From: Raillietiella orientalis
Lineage: Eukaryota
DNA length: 64,000 bases
Reading direction: 5' to 3'
NCBI GenBank assembly: GCA_036172245.1
Contig: JAYWIR010000031.1
Span: 1,240,001 to 1,304,000 of the forward strand
A program made the position numbers and the translations under genes. Positions 11,883-24,720 of this stretch are shown here, one piece after another. The notes beneath the pieces were generated by a model. The model searched no databases, was not told the origin of the DNA, and saw only the letters and a list, made by a program, of their open reading frames with translations. Within the stretch, counting starts at the first letter, position 1; every line of letters starts with the position of its first letter.

Positions 11883-14800
11883 CAATAAGATGAGATAAAA
11901 ACTGTGTGAAGAGCTTATTTTGTTCCCTCTATGCTTCTCAGTTGGATTAAACAAATATCTGGATCGATTCATCGGAAGTTCGATGTAGCGAGCTAGAAGA
12001 TCACGTCTTGCAAATGCAACCTGCACTCAGTGCATGGGGAAACTTGCTTTTCTTTTTTTTCTTTGCCTTTTAGATAACGTCTTTTTGATTCTGCTGCTGC
12101 CAAAAGTCCAAATGTTTACCCTTAAAAGTGCAAAATTCATTTCCTCCCGTCCCCTCACGTGGAGGGTCCTTTTCTTCGTTTGACGACGGGAAAAAAGAAT
12201 TTTAGGTTCCTCTTTGGTCGTCTGTTTCGACCAAGGCTGAGGGGTGAAGCTCTCAGACGGAAGGCAAGAAAACGAGCCGGAAACACCGCGGAGAAATACT
12301 TGCGATTCGACGCGCGTCTCGCATTCTGCTGTTCTAGCCAACGTGGCGGCGTGGGTCAGGCCAAACACTGGACCGAATCCTGGCGATAATGGAATTCTGG
12401 ATCATTCTGGGAATGTCCACGCGTCCACAGACCTCGCATTAGAGTGTTCCTTTGTTGCTTCATGCCATTCTACCAGACACGATCTCTCTAAGATCATTTC
12501 GGACTTACTCGTGCATGGCTGGTTGCCGTAAAAATTTTCAAGGTCTCAACGAACAAGCTACTGCTGCTTGGTAGCCTCCACAGGTGCAGCCACGGTACAA
12601 GGGAGCGAATAGCGTACAAACACTTAGGCATGTGGAAAGCATCCTGTTGCTGAACTTCCGCACGTCAGAGCGGCTTCTCAAACCACCACGCGAAGACAAG
12701 TTGGGAACCAGTCGAACCAGGGGATATGATGCCACCTCCGAGACCGCTCAGATCCAAGAGACATCAGAGGATGCTGGTCCTAATGCCATTTTTATGGAAC
12801 TACTATCTTCCAAGTATTTTCTTCCCCGGCTGGAGCTCATGGAGAGCTGAACTTGGCAGTGCTGCAACAGGCATGCCACAATCCACCAGTAGGCGAACTG
12901 CACTCGCCCTGGAGGACGCCTTCGAAGAGGAGGCGACCCTCTCGCGCGTGAGTTCTCTGCAGCTCGGAACCTCACCCAGGGATAAGTCGCACGCTAGCGA
13001 GCGCGAGAAAACAGGTCCAGGGAAGCTGGAAGCTCGGCAGGGTGCGGCGAAAAGGCGGGAACGCGGAATACGGTCGGATGCGGGCAGGAGGAGATTGTGC
13101 AACCTCGCTACTTTCCTCTCTGGACCTTCAGTCATTCGGCCGCTCAGTTACACATAGCAAAACTAGCTGTTCCTTAGCCGAGCATGTGGCCTCCAGAAGC
13201 CAATGCCGTGGTAGCTGAAGAGTTTTCGGGAAAACTAGAGCATTCTTTCCCCCCAGCGAGATGAACGTTTGGGTTATCAAGGAAGATCAAGGAACGGCAC
13301 GTGGCGGACGTACCGGTGCATGCTGCTCCGGAGTCAATGGCTGCATATGATTTGCCGGAAGCGGAAAATCCGTGCTTGTCTCTTCCGTTAAGTTTCTCTA
13401 CTCTAGGGAATTTCGAAACTCTGAGACAAAAAAAAAAAAAAGGCGCATTCTTCGATTCTGAGGTGGAGGGGGCGAACTCTCCCATGTGGGACCGAGACCA
13501 CCTTGAAAACGGAGAATCGAATCAACTGATCCCGCTGCTGTCTTGCTTCCAGCCGTCGAGTTCACCATTCTGTGCATGTACCCTTGCCGGAGGCTCTCAG
13601 AGTTCAGTTCGGCAAGCATGAGTGCTTGCTGGTCAGCAAATCCGACTCGTCGGAGCCGGTCTAGACCTCCTGCACTAGGCGGCCGAAAGGCTTCTGCAGT
13701 GAGATCTCTCTGTCTCATTAGGCAGCTGGAGAAAAAGCGTCACAGTCCTCTGCCTTGCAAACAATTTTTTTCCTCTGAGCTTCGCAATAGAGAAATGGCG
13801 AACGCTTCCCTCATTCGGGGAATAGGGCGACTCCCTACTCGTGCATCGACAGCCCCCGGAGCACGTTCTCCCAGCTTCTGCAGCCCGATCTTTGTGACAT
13901 CAGGGGCAGCTCGAGAGGATACTGTCCTTTCCTGACTTTTTCCTAGGATTCTGTCCCCATACTGTCTCTTGAGCCCAGTAGAGAGACAACGCTTTGTTTC
14001 CTACCCCTCCATGATACTAGGTGTTCACTTTTCTCGAGGCCCGCGCTATCCTGGGACGTTTCTTCTTATGCCTTTTCTGCTGCCCGGCCAGAAATGACTT
14101 CTTTCCTCGAGGCGAATTCTGATTGTGGATCCAGGGTACCAAATGCAGTGTGATTCGAACTGGCTTCCCTTCCATCGGGTCCATGTTGAACATCCTATGT
14201 CTCTTGTTCCCGGTTCTTTTGATTTGCGGCCACTCGAATGACCTTCCCGCTCTTTCAAGCTGATCTTTTTCTGCATGTTGCTACTGCTTTTCTGTTTCGC
14301 GTGCTTGCCCATAAAGCCCAATGTTTTAGCGGTCACCCGCTCGGCAACTATCTTGTGCCGCTCAACTCACTCTTTTCCACCAGCTTTCCCGATGATTATC
14401 AGCACCAAAAAACTCTGTGTCTCTGCGGCAACTCTAGGAGCCCTTCCGAACGCCCGCTTGGCGAAAACACTTCTAGCTACGACGATCCTAGGGAATTCGA
14501 GTTGCCAGATGACCAGAGCGACGGTCTGCTGTCATCGGATGCCTTAAGGCTTGTATTCTGGGGTTGCAATGTGAGGGAGACTTCTTTCAGAGGTCCAATG
14601 CAGAAGAACGTAATCACAAGAAGTTTGCCTTTTTACGCTCAAAGAGTGCGCAGAGCAGTATAGAAAGGGAGAGGAAACTCGGCCAAAGATGAAGCTACTA
14701 AGCTTCCAAAAGCTTCTCCTCAGCTGGTCCTCTAAGCACTGGTCCTGTAAGCACTCTCGTCGCTGTAGATCCAAAATCGCAATAAACAAATTTTACTCCA

Positions 14801-16810
14801 GGAAAAGCTTTTTTTCTGTGCAGGAATGTCTTTAACGCAGAGCCACATCGAAAAATACTCCGTTATCGCATAATTTTGCAACGTACCATCTTTTTTTGGC
14901 GACGAAGACGCAAAGATAGCAATTTAAGTTATGGAACCGAAAGTGCTTCTGAATGACTTCCAGAAACGTGTATACATACGTTTTCCGTATTCCTTCTTGC
15001 ACCTTAGCTTATGCTGTTTTCCACACAAGTTGCTCTTTGTGTCCCATGGCAATAAATGCAGCTAACGAAAACTAGAATAGGCGTTTATCGACCTTTGTCT
15101 CGTGTAGTTTTCTCTACTTTTCAGTTACTAAGGGAAAATGTGCGAAGCTTCTGCTCACTCAAGAACCCCCTGTGGTCACTTGTATGTTAAGATCGAAGGC
15201 TTGGATTCAATTTTGACTGTTTTTGGTTTCACAGAGTGTGCACCTTCAGCTTTGTTTCGAAACTCATCCTCGTCATCGGACTGCCTACTTTCTGCCTTAA
15301 CCCTCTAGGCAGCAGTTTGTTTCCCCTTTCTCTTCGAGCCTTCCTTCCAGTTTATCGCTCCTTCTTGAGGAAACGCAACGTGGATGCCATGGTACCTTCC
15401 AAGCAGAGATAGACTCTTCCATCAACTCTCTGCTTCTTCCAGAAGAACGGGAACAAGATACCAACTCGCAGTTATGTGCTACTCTTCTCGTCTTCAGATT
15501 TTCATGAGTGCGAAAGCTCCATTTCACTTCTCATTCGAAGGTTGCCCTGTAAATTTTGCCCCATTTTTCGTTGTTAGCAGAATCCCCATTTACACCGATC
15601 GTACACCAGACTGCTATGAGCGCCATCTTCCCTTTTGGCTTCAATTGGCAGCTTTTCACTACTTTCAAATAAGAGCCAGTGATCCTCGCTGATGAAGTCT
15701 TCTGAGGTCTGTCCGAGTTAGGTCTTCAGTTAATAATCTCGTGATTGTCTCTTAAATCTCCTTCACGGATGGCACTGTTTATTGGATAGAGATCTTTGCT
15801 GGGACCGAATCAGACTGTGCAGTGGCTGGAGTAACAAAGACCAATGAAGTTTTATGGCTTCTGAAGTCCCAGAGCTTTTAAGTCTTTTGTTATTGTTTTA
15901 GCATTTTTCGCTCTGATCAAACATTTTCCTGAGGTCCCTTCCAGCCTACGATGACTCTGAATGTTCGTCATCAATCCACAGAGAAAAAAGGGCAACGCCC
16001 TTTTGATACGATCCAGACCGTCTAATCACCTAGCATGCACCATCAAGTGGGACAAATGTCTGAATCTTTCGTTGAGAAACTGATGGCAACGTATGAACTT
16101 CTTTGCTATTTCCCACGTGATTGCATTGAGAGTCTTCTCTTTTCGGAAAGCAATGGTGAAATTCGTTGTTCAGATGCCAGTGAATTACATTACGAATTAG
16201 TGGGAATATAAGAATAACCATAAACATATTAAATTTATAGTATTCGTGAATTACATTCCATGAATATACAATTATATACTTTTTTTATCGAATTTAATTT
16301 ATTTAATTGAAAATAGTCATAAATACATATGGTGCAGCATAAGCATGTTCGAGCAACTACGAGGCCCATCTCAAAAGTAAGGGCAGATCGGACATAAAGA
16401 CAGAGCAACAAACAAGAGGAACAAAGGCGTATTGGTGGTTCGAAACACGTACACCCCCGTGTCATTTTTCCACGTAGTCACCACCATTTTTGCCCAAAGG
16501 CTTTTGATACCGCAGAACGAGCTTTTTGAAACCCTCTGCATGAAATCCCGTCGCCTGGGAGTTCAGCAGCACTGCAGTTTTCCACTCCTCACTCTCCCCC
16601 TCGAATCGTCGAGCCACTTCTGAAGCTGCAGGAAGACGTGGTAGTCACCGGGGGCGAGGTCAGGACTGAGCGATCAAAAAGTTCCCATCTGAATTTCCGA
16701 ATTGTCTGGAATGGGTGAACGGCATGTGTTGCCAAGGCGCGCGTTGTCGTGGAGAAGAGCAATTGCTGATCTCAGCATTCCACGTCGTCGGCTCTGAGTG
16801 GCACTCCGCG

Positions 16811-16837
16811 GCTTTGAAGGTGAAACACCTTCAAAGC
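16811..16837. repeat. Perfect 12-bp inverted repeat, 3-nt loop
   Basis: GCTTTGAAGGTG-AAA-CACCTTCAAAGC. Confidence 0.9.
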
Positions 16838-17749
16838 TGCTCAGACTTGAGAAGTGGTGGTTGTCCCAGGCCCCACAAATTCCACCAAAAGCACACACCC
16901 TTTTGGTCCAAAGTCAAGTCACATCTTATACGAAAGCGACCCTGAGCGATCTCATTGAAGGGAATTTAATAACGACAATGAGCAGATCGAGAATAGGGCA
17001 GTGGAAATCCATGAAGATTAACGGTTTACAAATACTTACTCAATTATCAGAAGAAAATACTGCTTATCAGCAAAGAACAGCAACATTAGGGCGCACGGAT
17101 GGGAATCTGATGCAAGCCAGCGATGACAATCCTGCAGAGCAATACTGCCAATTCGATGGGATGATGCCGATACGGTTATCATGGAAACCTCCACTCTCTG
17201 AACGTTTCTTTGACAGCGTGAAAGAAGGTTAGCTGATCGGAAACAAGGGACATTCATGACTGATAGCGCATCCCTGGAGATGGAAGTGAAACGAGCATCG
17301 AAATAATCGAAGCTTCTGATCATCAAAGGAGACCAGGAGATCAGTAGCATTGAAGAATGAGGAATAAAGCGAATAATAGAATCGCTGGAAATGAGAAGGG
17401 ATAGAGAACTGCTGCACGAGCAGAGCAAGAGCACGGGAAAACACGCCCAACTGCAGCTGGATCGAAGAAACATTTCTAGTGAAGGCAATGTGGAACTATG
17501 AAGAATTCTTAGATCTGAAAATCAGAGATCCTGGAGAACGCTGGAGCGGGACTTCGTGTGTCGGTGGCTGAAGGCACCTGAAGCTGCTCATTCTTCACAT
17601 TGTTCACGAAGATGAATCATGTTGTGCATGAAACCCAACAGCCAGCGAAAATGACGGAAAGAAGAATACGGTGGTACAAAAACGTGATGGGTGCATTCCT
17701 ATCGATACATCACAAACGCAGCTGGTTTTATGGATACTGTGAATAATAA

Positions 17750-18930
17750 GTAATTAGTCCAATATTGAATCCCGAAAAGCATTGCAACCGTGGCTGTTAG
17801 GGTGAAAGGGAATCCATCGTTCCCGGTGTTCCCGAAGTGGAGCCCCGAATTGAGGATGATGCTGTGCCTATGCGCTTTTTCTTCAGGAAAGTTCCTTCCT
17901 AGGCGATCGTCGAAAGTTCGCCGTCTGCAATGGCGGCACTACGAAGCAGCAGCGGAAAAAAAGGCCTTGACCTGGCGCAGGTGTTTCTTGAGCGCTCCGG
18001 TAGGTATCCTTAAGGTAAGGAAGCTTGCAAGTGGCAGACAGCGAAAACAAGCAGGCAAAATACGACGAAGGGGGTGGATCTTGTTTGCACAAGAAGAAAT
18101 CAATCAGCACGCTGGTAGATCTGAGGAAGGACTCGCGAAAGAAGATACTTGACTCCGTGTATCGTGAACGCGTCTTGTTGATTTAGGCTTCGCCGCTTTC
18201 GTTGTTCCTGGTCCCCGGTTTCTTCGTGCGTCCGACGGTGAAAAGTTTGTTCTGGACTCAGGGATGACGGCATCCGCGAGGAGGAGGCCACTGGCTTAGC
18301 CGTGCCATGGAAGGCACGGCTAAGCTTGCAAAAGTTCCGACGTTCCCATGAAACACGAAGCACACAGAAACGTGTTGTCAAGAACAATGAGATGTATCGG
18401 AAAAATTGTGCATTCCTGACAATATTCGATGTACAGAATTGCAAACGGGACTGCAGGAATCGAGCTGAATCGTTACAAGCTGCTGGACTCTGCAGGGCAG
18501 AATTTTGCTCCTCTCTTTCTCTTTGGCACTCTTCGCAGAACCGTTGTCGTGTCAACGATGCAGGAATCGAGTCCAGCATCACGCGCTGTCGGAGGAACCA
18601 CGAAGCTGTTCTTTGGAGAAGCATCCGCTGCTTGGTGAATTCTTCGAGAGCGAAATGTTTGCAGGCAGCGCGCATTCGACTAATGGATATCTAATACTCT
18701 GTCTATTTTTTCCATTTTTTTTGCAGGTTCCCAGGAGCTTCCTCAGAGCTTACCTGCTCGCCCTCCAAAGTTCGGAATGTTGGTACAACGCTTCGTCGAA
18801 AATCGGATCGTCGGATGGCCATCGGACGAACCCGTTACTCGTCCCTTTTCACTGCTGTTTGCGACTCGCCAGAAGACGATTCCCAGTAGCCCTGGAAACG
18901 CACTCCGAGCGCCACCCTTTCCGATCTGCG
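17750..18930 (-). mobile_element. THAP + PIF/Harbinger-type transposase relic
   Basis: On -: FVRWPSDD (THAP F..FP.D), ACKHFALEEF...DSIPA (THAP C..HF...AVP), FFRYISLF....F (cf. F.FYTG...F), RRSLNQQDAFTIHGVKYLL (cf. RKLSLEDQFLLTLMKLRL, HTH_Tnp_4) and AIADGEL (cf. IIDCTEI), all in the expected order. Confidence 0.5.
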
Positions 18931-19082
18931 TAGGTTCCGAACCGAGGGTTTTGGCTGATTTTAGGGTGGTGGATACTCGATTTCGTTGGGACTCCCTCTT
19001 GGATGTAAATGTAAAAGACGTAAGCTAGAAAGGTGCAGGATTTCTCAACACATCAAATGGGAAAGAGAGCTTAATTTTCCGT

Positions 19083-19102
19083 AGAGAGAGAGAGAGAGAG
19101 AG
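19083..19102. repeat. (AG)10 microsatellite
   Basis: Read directly. Confidence 0.9.
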
Positions 19103-22100
19103 AATGAAAAAAAAGGAAAAAAAAGATCATACGATCCAAATTTTCGAAGGTGTCACTTGGAATGTTTTGTAAGAAAACTTTGAGGTTTTTCCTCTTTACG
19201 CTTTTTGATGTCCCCTTCGGTGCTCTCCTCAAGCACCGCTCTCTCACGATCCCTTCTTAGGGTCCTCAAAGTTTCACGTCTCAAATTAGTGATATTATCT
19301 CGATTACTGAAAACAGATTGGTAACATTCCGTTAAAGCCACAGTGTGCTTCATTTTCGTGAAAACAAAATCCTTAGCTTTTTTTTTTTTTTTAATCCATT
19401 CGTGGAAATCAAAGGGTTTTTGAACCTCGGTGAGATTGATGCAGATGTCAGAGGCAGGGAGTACCTAAGGCTTCAGGAGAGATGATACGGGAAAACTCTC
19501 ATAAAATACCTGTAGTGTGCATATTTATGAAAACCAAAATTTACGCATATGATCTGAACAACCTTCCTCAATGCTTGCGAGCATATGGAGAATGCTCGTT
19601 CGTGTGAATATGCATTTCCATCCAGCTGATAAGGGGTTTCCTAGATGCAGACCGTTGAACAAAGAAAACAAAGGTGGAGGAAACGATTTACGGGCGAGTC
19701 TGGAAGCACCAGGAATCGCGACGTCTGGCTGAAAACTCATTGCTGAGACCCACAACAGGGATGAAATTGCTTTTTTGATTGTAAATGATGAAATATAAAC
19801 TGCCAGGTGATTCATAAAACGGAGGAGGATGAATGTCATCACGAGATGAAACGCGCGTTTGTCTGTGAGCATGCGATTCTGCTGTCATCTAACGGTCAGA
19901 TGCCTAAAAATTTTCATGCAAACTCTGTTTCGTGAGATGGCATCGCAGGTATGCATTTCTTCTCATCCGTTTCGTGTTTTCTAGCAGTCTGCTTGTCTTG
20001 GCTGTCTGCGAAATAGATGCAGGTCTCAGTTCGCCACAGGCATTCATCTGCTCGATTACCTGGAGCTCTTGAAAGGATTTCTCATTCTTAATCAGCAGCC
20101 CTGATAGCTTCGCGCTAGGAGTAAAGACGTTTGCAGTCCGACTTGAAACACGAATCTATTTATGCACCATTTGTGTCAAGATCAAGAAGTCCACTTAATA
20201 GATTAGAACAATTCAAGGAGACCAAACTGGCCTCAACATGTTTTAATATAAATTTGCAAGTTGAGCGATAATTCAAGAAGACCTTTCAAATCTCCGAATT
20301 TCGAATAAGTTTTAATAGCCTCTTATTTTGTGATGAAAAGGTTATTTCTTCGTATTTAAAATGTCTGCCTGTGCGTTTGTAAGGTGTTTGCACTCCCTTG
20401 ATTGCCATTTCAAGCTTCTTCCTGCTCACCGTTTTGCGTGCAACATTGGGTTCATTAGAGAAACATGGCTTCCCGAAGGTACATATTGAAGAGCCATACT
20501 GATCCCTCCCAGTTGTCAAGGGGTATTCCGAAGCCTGCAAAGATACAGGAGTGATCAGGTCCCCACTAATGTACGGTACGCAAAGGCGTCCTCGGAAAGA
20601 TAGGAGTTCGAGATCCGGTCCCATCACCTTCCATTCGTTCAGTAAGGGTGCTTTTGTATTATCCATACGGAAAAGCGGGTCACAAGTTTTGATGATAGGA
20701 TAATGACGATTTCCTGGAAACGACGTGATCCAATTCCATTCGTTAAGTGAGAGCAGCATCCGGAATCAGGAGCGAATCTCATAATCCGGAACTGAAATAA
20801 AATACACACACACACACACAAAAAAAAAAAAAAACTTGGAGTGCTTCGGCGAAGAAGGTGACATCCAGCGCTGCAGAGGAATGTCAATGGTGCACTTGTA
20901 CAGTTGAACGTACTGTAAAATGATCCGTTTAGAAGCTGAGTTCGTCATGACGTGGCAAATGCATTTTCCCTCGTTAGCTCTTCATGAGCAGCAGCTCACT
21001 TCGCTCTCGCCAGCCTTTTCATCCGAAAGCAGGTACGAAACATTCCATGCATTTTCGCAAGAAAAATGAACTTGGCGAAAAGACGTGCGCAAAAAAACAA
21101 AAGAAAAAAAAAACACACACACACACAGTTTTGTCTCCCCTCTTTTTGGGGAGGGAGAGGAGAGGGGGGGGATTGCCTTGGCTTATGGGATACGGCAGTT
21201 TCGAAATTTCTCTCCACGGAAGGAATCTGGACCGAGCTATGCAATCGAGCTTGAGACTCCGCTATCTCCCCGTTTGAATCAGGCAGTTCCTCTGACCGAT
21301 AGAGCCAACGCATCCTGGCAAGCTCTGGAGTAGCTGGGAAGAAAGCCAGCAAGCGCAGCAGACGCGGTAAACGCATCATCCTCGTCCCGATTCAGTATGG
21401 TCAGCAAAACTCCAGTCGGCGGCGACTCCCCCCTCAGAAAACACAGCAAAACGAAGCAAAACACACACAGACAAAAGACTCTTAAGAAATGATAAACAAT
21501 TCTGCGAAAATGCAATCGTGAAAGGCAGCGTAACGCAGCAAACGTCAGCGACAAAAGCCGTTGGGATTTTTATTGGTTTTGGAATCTAAAGGTGTAGAAA
21601 AGGGAAATGCGGCTTGGGTCTGGTGAGATATAATTCAAAGAGATCATAAACAAGGTATGCAAATCAGAGAATTGGGGGGGAGGGACATTGGCAGTATTGG
21701 AACCGACTCGGGGGCAGCAACTTCAAGAGAAAGTGCCTTTGCTCTTAATCTCCGAGTTTCCAAAGAACGCCATCAATTAAATGAAATCATAAGACAGATC
21801 TCAGGCTACCCACTTCACCCATTTTTATTAAGGCCGGCGAATGGTCGGCGGAGTCGATAAAAACGCTTCGACGGTCTCTGTTCGAGAAGAATGCTTCAAG
21901 GCGGTGGCTTCCCTTGGAGAGAGTGATTAGCCGGAGAAGGGGGCGCAAGGTATTCCGGCAGAATTATGTACACCGACCACTCGTTCCTGTTTCAGAGCAA
22001 ACACTCCCGCACTCTTCTGAGCACCTCGTCTGGTCTCTCCGGATGATTACATGGAGCTCGGATCCCTTCTTCGCATTATTCATCACCAAGCACGCTTCTG

Positions 22101-22699
22101 CTTCCCTTTCGTGGCAACGCGCGCATCCTAAGCAGGAATTCCTCTTGCTGCTTTTTGTTCAGGCGGAATCCCTGCCGGACCGAAACGCTCGTTTCCTCGA
22201 TGGCTCCCCGAAGGAACGCGCCAGGAGCAGCAAACTCGATGCCACACGAAACTGAGCGGGGCGAAAACCCCCAGAGGCTCTTGGGGGATACCACATCGTG
22301 GACCAGTAATCCAAAAGTGTCCTGCATACACTAGATGCCGACTCATTTGGGAATGCTACCTCCGGACGAACTTCAGTGACTCCGTTCTTCGAGCAAAGAT
22401 AGGGATAGTGTTCGCATTTCGCTGAGCTACGGATATTTACCGTCGCTCACGATGACGCTTACGAGTAAATAAAGACGACGAAGATGCTGACGCATGAAGG
22501 TAAGTCCATCACCTGAGAGTGCAGCCGTGGAGTGTGTCCACTGTGAAAACTGACGGTCTTTGTGCGCCAAGAAGAAAGAATAAGGAAGCAAACCGCTCGT
22601 GGAATTTCTACCAGACTCGGTCCTAATGCCAGGACGCAGATCGTTCCCCATAGGAAACCATCAGCAGAATTATCTCGGATATTACCATTTCTATAAAGT

Positions 22700-23390
22700 T
22701 CGCATTGCTTGTAATAAGAGGCGGCTATTCATTCTATTCGAAAACTTTGGAGTAAGATCCCCTGCTTGGGGCATTATCATAGTATTAGGAAAAAAACATG
22801 GGACCAGAACGCGGACGGTCAAAATCCCGAAATTCTCGCAAGACCGTCCAAGGCCTGGTGACATCACTGACCATCAGCGAGGAGAGTCCAACAAGACATT
22901 CCAAGAAATAGGGGGAGTACGGTTTGGGATGTCACGAACACTGCTTCTTCGCTGTAATGGCTCATAAACTGAGTCTTATGCGAGATGTAACTCGGGTGCA
23001 GATGCACCATCCCATGTGCGGTCCCAGAAATCCATTCGTTCCAGAAACAGCAACGGCGAATCACATGAGAATCTGTAGGGCACGGAATTTCATCGAATGC
23101 AACGGGTGCAGAATTTGCAGGCAACGTCAGCAAGTTCATCACCGAAGGCGCTGTGGCTCCTGGGAAGTTCTGCCTTTGCGTGATGCCTGAGGACCGCGAT
23201 GTGGGTTGCTGAAGTCACACCAGGCTGTATTTCTTTCATATGAATGGCACTCAAGGCAGTGAAGGTCACAGGAGAGATTCGAGCAGATGGGACCTTTCAA
23301 GAATCGGGAACCACAAGGTAGGTATGTGAAGAATCGGGAACCGAAAGTTCCGAAACCAGAAGCTTTTTCCCGGTCTTGCAAATGCATATT
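22700..23390 (-). mobile_element. ITm (Tc1/mariner superfamily, rosa/maT-like) transposase relic
   Basis: LSCDLHCLECHSYERNTAWCDFSNPH (cf. FSDEAHFHL.G.VNKQN.RIW...NPH), HPLHSMK...AVSGTNGFLGPH (cf. PLHS.KVTVWC.IS..GIIGPY), PQAGDLTP (cf. PPRSPDLTP). Confidence 0.55.
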
Positions 23391-23799
23391 GACTCTCTTA
23401 GATCTACTAGGCGTGAGAGAGCTTCTACAAGAAACGAATCCTCTTCTCTTTTTGGACTAGCTTTATTCTTCCATGGAATGGACGTTTAAGCGGATGGGAT
23501 GAGCATGAAATAAGTGATGGACGAAGTGTCCTGACTCTTTCGCAAGCACTCGAAGAGAGCATACAGAGGCACTCACTCATCCCAGCAGAATGAGAAATGC
23601 TGCAGTTTTTAGTAGTCCTGGCAGGGTTACAGGCAAAAAGCGATCCATTTTAATTGCTCACGCTTATCCAGGAAGGTTTACTGACCATGTTGGTGTCCTG
23701 TGTGAGAGAATTACGACTCCTCAACCAGAAATAGCTCTGACGAAAAGGTTTGTTCAACCAGTAGTGAAAAATGCAGCAACTGCCAGTTCCACAAGGACC

Positions 23800-24720
23800 A
23801 AGATTCGTCCACGGGGAAATTTCAACCAACATGCAAGGCAAACCGGTGGTTCTGCGTCCACAAGAAACAAGAAGCCAACCATCATCATCGATAAGAGGTA
23901 GAAACCGTAAAGAAGTTTCGAAAGCTACCAGCGGATTAGCAGGCTATGTCTGCAGAGGACTTTCTCAGAAGCCCATGGTTTCTTGATTGAAAAGGAAAAA
24001 ATCAGCCCATCACCATGGTTCGCAGGGACAGATGGCAGCTTCCTTAGAAAATTCGAGCATGAAAAACAGTTAGTGACTCAGAAAGATGTGATGCATAGAC
24101 TTACGTGATCGATCATTCGTTTCCTGGAAGATCCTACCACTGATAGAGAAAATATTGAACGAAATACGTTCCCAGAATAATGAGGAAGAGTTTATATGGA
24201 TGCCCAAGGCAAAGAATCCCCATTAATCTCCATAAAGCAGTTGTAATACTCTTGCATCTATTAGAACTGCACTGTGGCGCTCTGCTTTGAGTTGGAAAGT
24301 CAGCTCTTCCGAGAAGGGGTAACCATGACCACTGAGGATTATCTGAAAACCATTAACGATTTCATCTCCTTTCTTCGAGCTATCAAGATCAGTTTCTGCG
24401 ACCGACTCTTTCAACAGTCATCAAGACTCATCAGCAAATCTAGTTCCGTTCCGTTTCCGAGACAGCTTTTCTGGTGCAATTAAGCTGCCTCAGACCTTTG
24501 TCTCAGCCATTTTGGAAGTGGTCGTTAAACAAGAAGCCAGCCTCCATATTTCTGATTTCTATTTGTGGGGATTTCTCAATGGCATGGGTACAAAAATAAA
24601 CCACATGAGGTGAAAGGATAAAAAAGCAGATAAAGCATGGATGCTCCAGGAAGCATTCCTGAATGCTCATGAGTTGCAGAGAATGTGCCACAAAATGTCT
24701 GCGAGCGATACGAAATATGC
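23800..24720 (+). mobile_element. ITm (Tc1/mariner superfamily, rosa/maT-like) transposase relic
   Basis: Ordered motifs QNNEEEFIW...KNPH, EGVTMTTEDYLKTINDFISFL....RLFQQ, SANLV..RFRDSFSG, SDFYLWGFL, YKNKP (cf. N..RY..ML.DF...WFQQDGA..H.A..V...L...FPG ... DFFLWG.LK..VY.NKP). Frameshifted. Confidence 0.6.

Noticed and set aside
12400..17500. Possible LINE ORF1-like fragments (QPRYKG near 12.6 kb; EDLTRTDLRR near 15.7 kb on -)
   Set aside because: Isolated motifs too short to support a call without a profile search.
20286..20759. 157-aa ORF with LLSFRGRLCVP (LTR-retrotransposon pol-like) or a host exon after an acceptor-like site near 20790
   Set aside because: Single short motif, no integrase H2C2 or DDE residues following, and an in-frame stop near the acceptor.
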